This document shows positions 23,501-23,868 of a stretch of DNA of 23,868 nt, one piece after another. A program made the position numbers and the translations under genes. Numbering within the stretch: position 1 is the first letter of the stretch; each line of letters starts with the position of its first letter. Under the pieces are notes generated by a model, which made no database searches, was not told the origin of the DNA, and saw only the letters and a list, made by a program, of their open reading frames with translations. This DNA is from Fonticula alba ATCC 38817. Lineage: Eukaryota; Protista; Nucleariida. The DNA lies in NCBI GenBank assembly GCA_000388065.2, contig KB932202.1; one strand, given 5' to 3'.

Positions 23501-23851
23501 CAGCAGCCGGGCCGGCCCGCCCCCGGGCAGGGAGCTGAGCGACTGGCTGGAGCCGCTCGGCCGGAGGGGGGTGTCGCAGCCGGCCGGGCCGGAGGCGCCG
23601 GCCGGGCCGGGGGTGCCGGCCGGGCCGGTGCCCGCGTCATCCGCCCCGGCGAGCGGCGAGAAGAAGAAGAGCCCGAAGTTGGGCGACGGGTAGTATGCCC
23701 GGTTGGACTCGATCAGCTGCATGCGCAGGGAGGCCACCGTGTCGAAGGTGCTCAGCCGCATGGTCTTCGTGATGCCGGCGCGAAGGAGGTTGATGCGGAT
23801 CATGCTCTCTGATCGGGAAAACATGGACGGGTCGCCGGACAGGAGGGACAT
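20595..23851 (-). CDS. SHANK-like N-terminal SPN (FERM F0/ubiquitin-like) domain plus ankyrin-repeat protein with an unrecognised C-terminus, about 905 aa. Exons 23851-23221, 22970-22749, 22633-22401, 22226-20595
   Basis: IRINLLRAGITKTMRL, NFGLF, GFLDD..LLDY, then RLLRNGLDPNF, SPLSMAAMLD, GGAHVDF, TALHLAV..N...LAVLLHLGASPD, TPLYDAC, LLLRNGA, LLVNYGA and GQTPLHFAV follow the SHANK SPN-ANK order. The ATG has GCCGCCATG context. Exons total 2718 nt in frame. Confidence 0.8.
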
Positions 23852-23868
23852 GGCGGCCGGGGGGGGGG

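Overview
Very GC-rich, intron-rich eukaryotic genomic DNA from a draft assembly with four N gaps. It is not prokaryotic. The gene content and style suggest a unicellular opisthokont protist (Fonticula-like), which is inference only. I rebuilt seven protein-coding genes by hand from splice signals, with phases consistent at every junction. They are: a 5'-truncated YME1/FtsH i-AAA protease (+), a YVH1/DUSP12-like protein (-) head-to-head with the 60S-biogenesis GTPase NOG1 (+), a NUDT19-like Nudix protein (+) whose middle is corrupted or missing, an intronless ELMO-domain protein (+), a NIMA/NEK2-like kinase with a long tail (-), and a SHANK-like SPN(FERM F0)+ankyrin protein (-). The main surprises are three. 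First, an orphan exon resembling pseudouridine synthase PUS7 sits inside NOG1 intron 2 with its own splice sites. Second, the YVH1 homolog has lost the CX5R phosphatase motif but keeps its zinc-binding domain. Third, a SHANK-type N-terminal module with the Ras/Rap-binding residues conserved is fused to an unrecognised C-terminus. All family assignments come from remembered motifs, not database searches.
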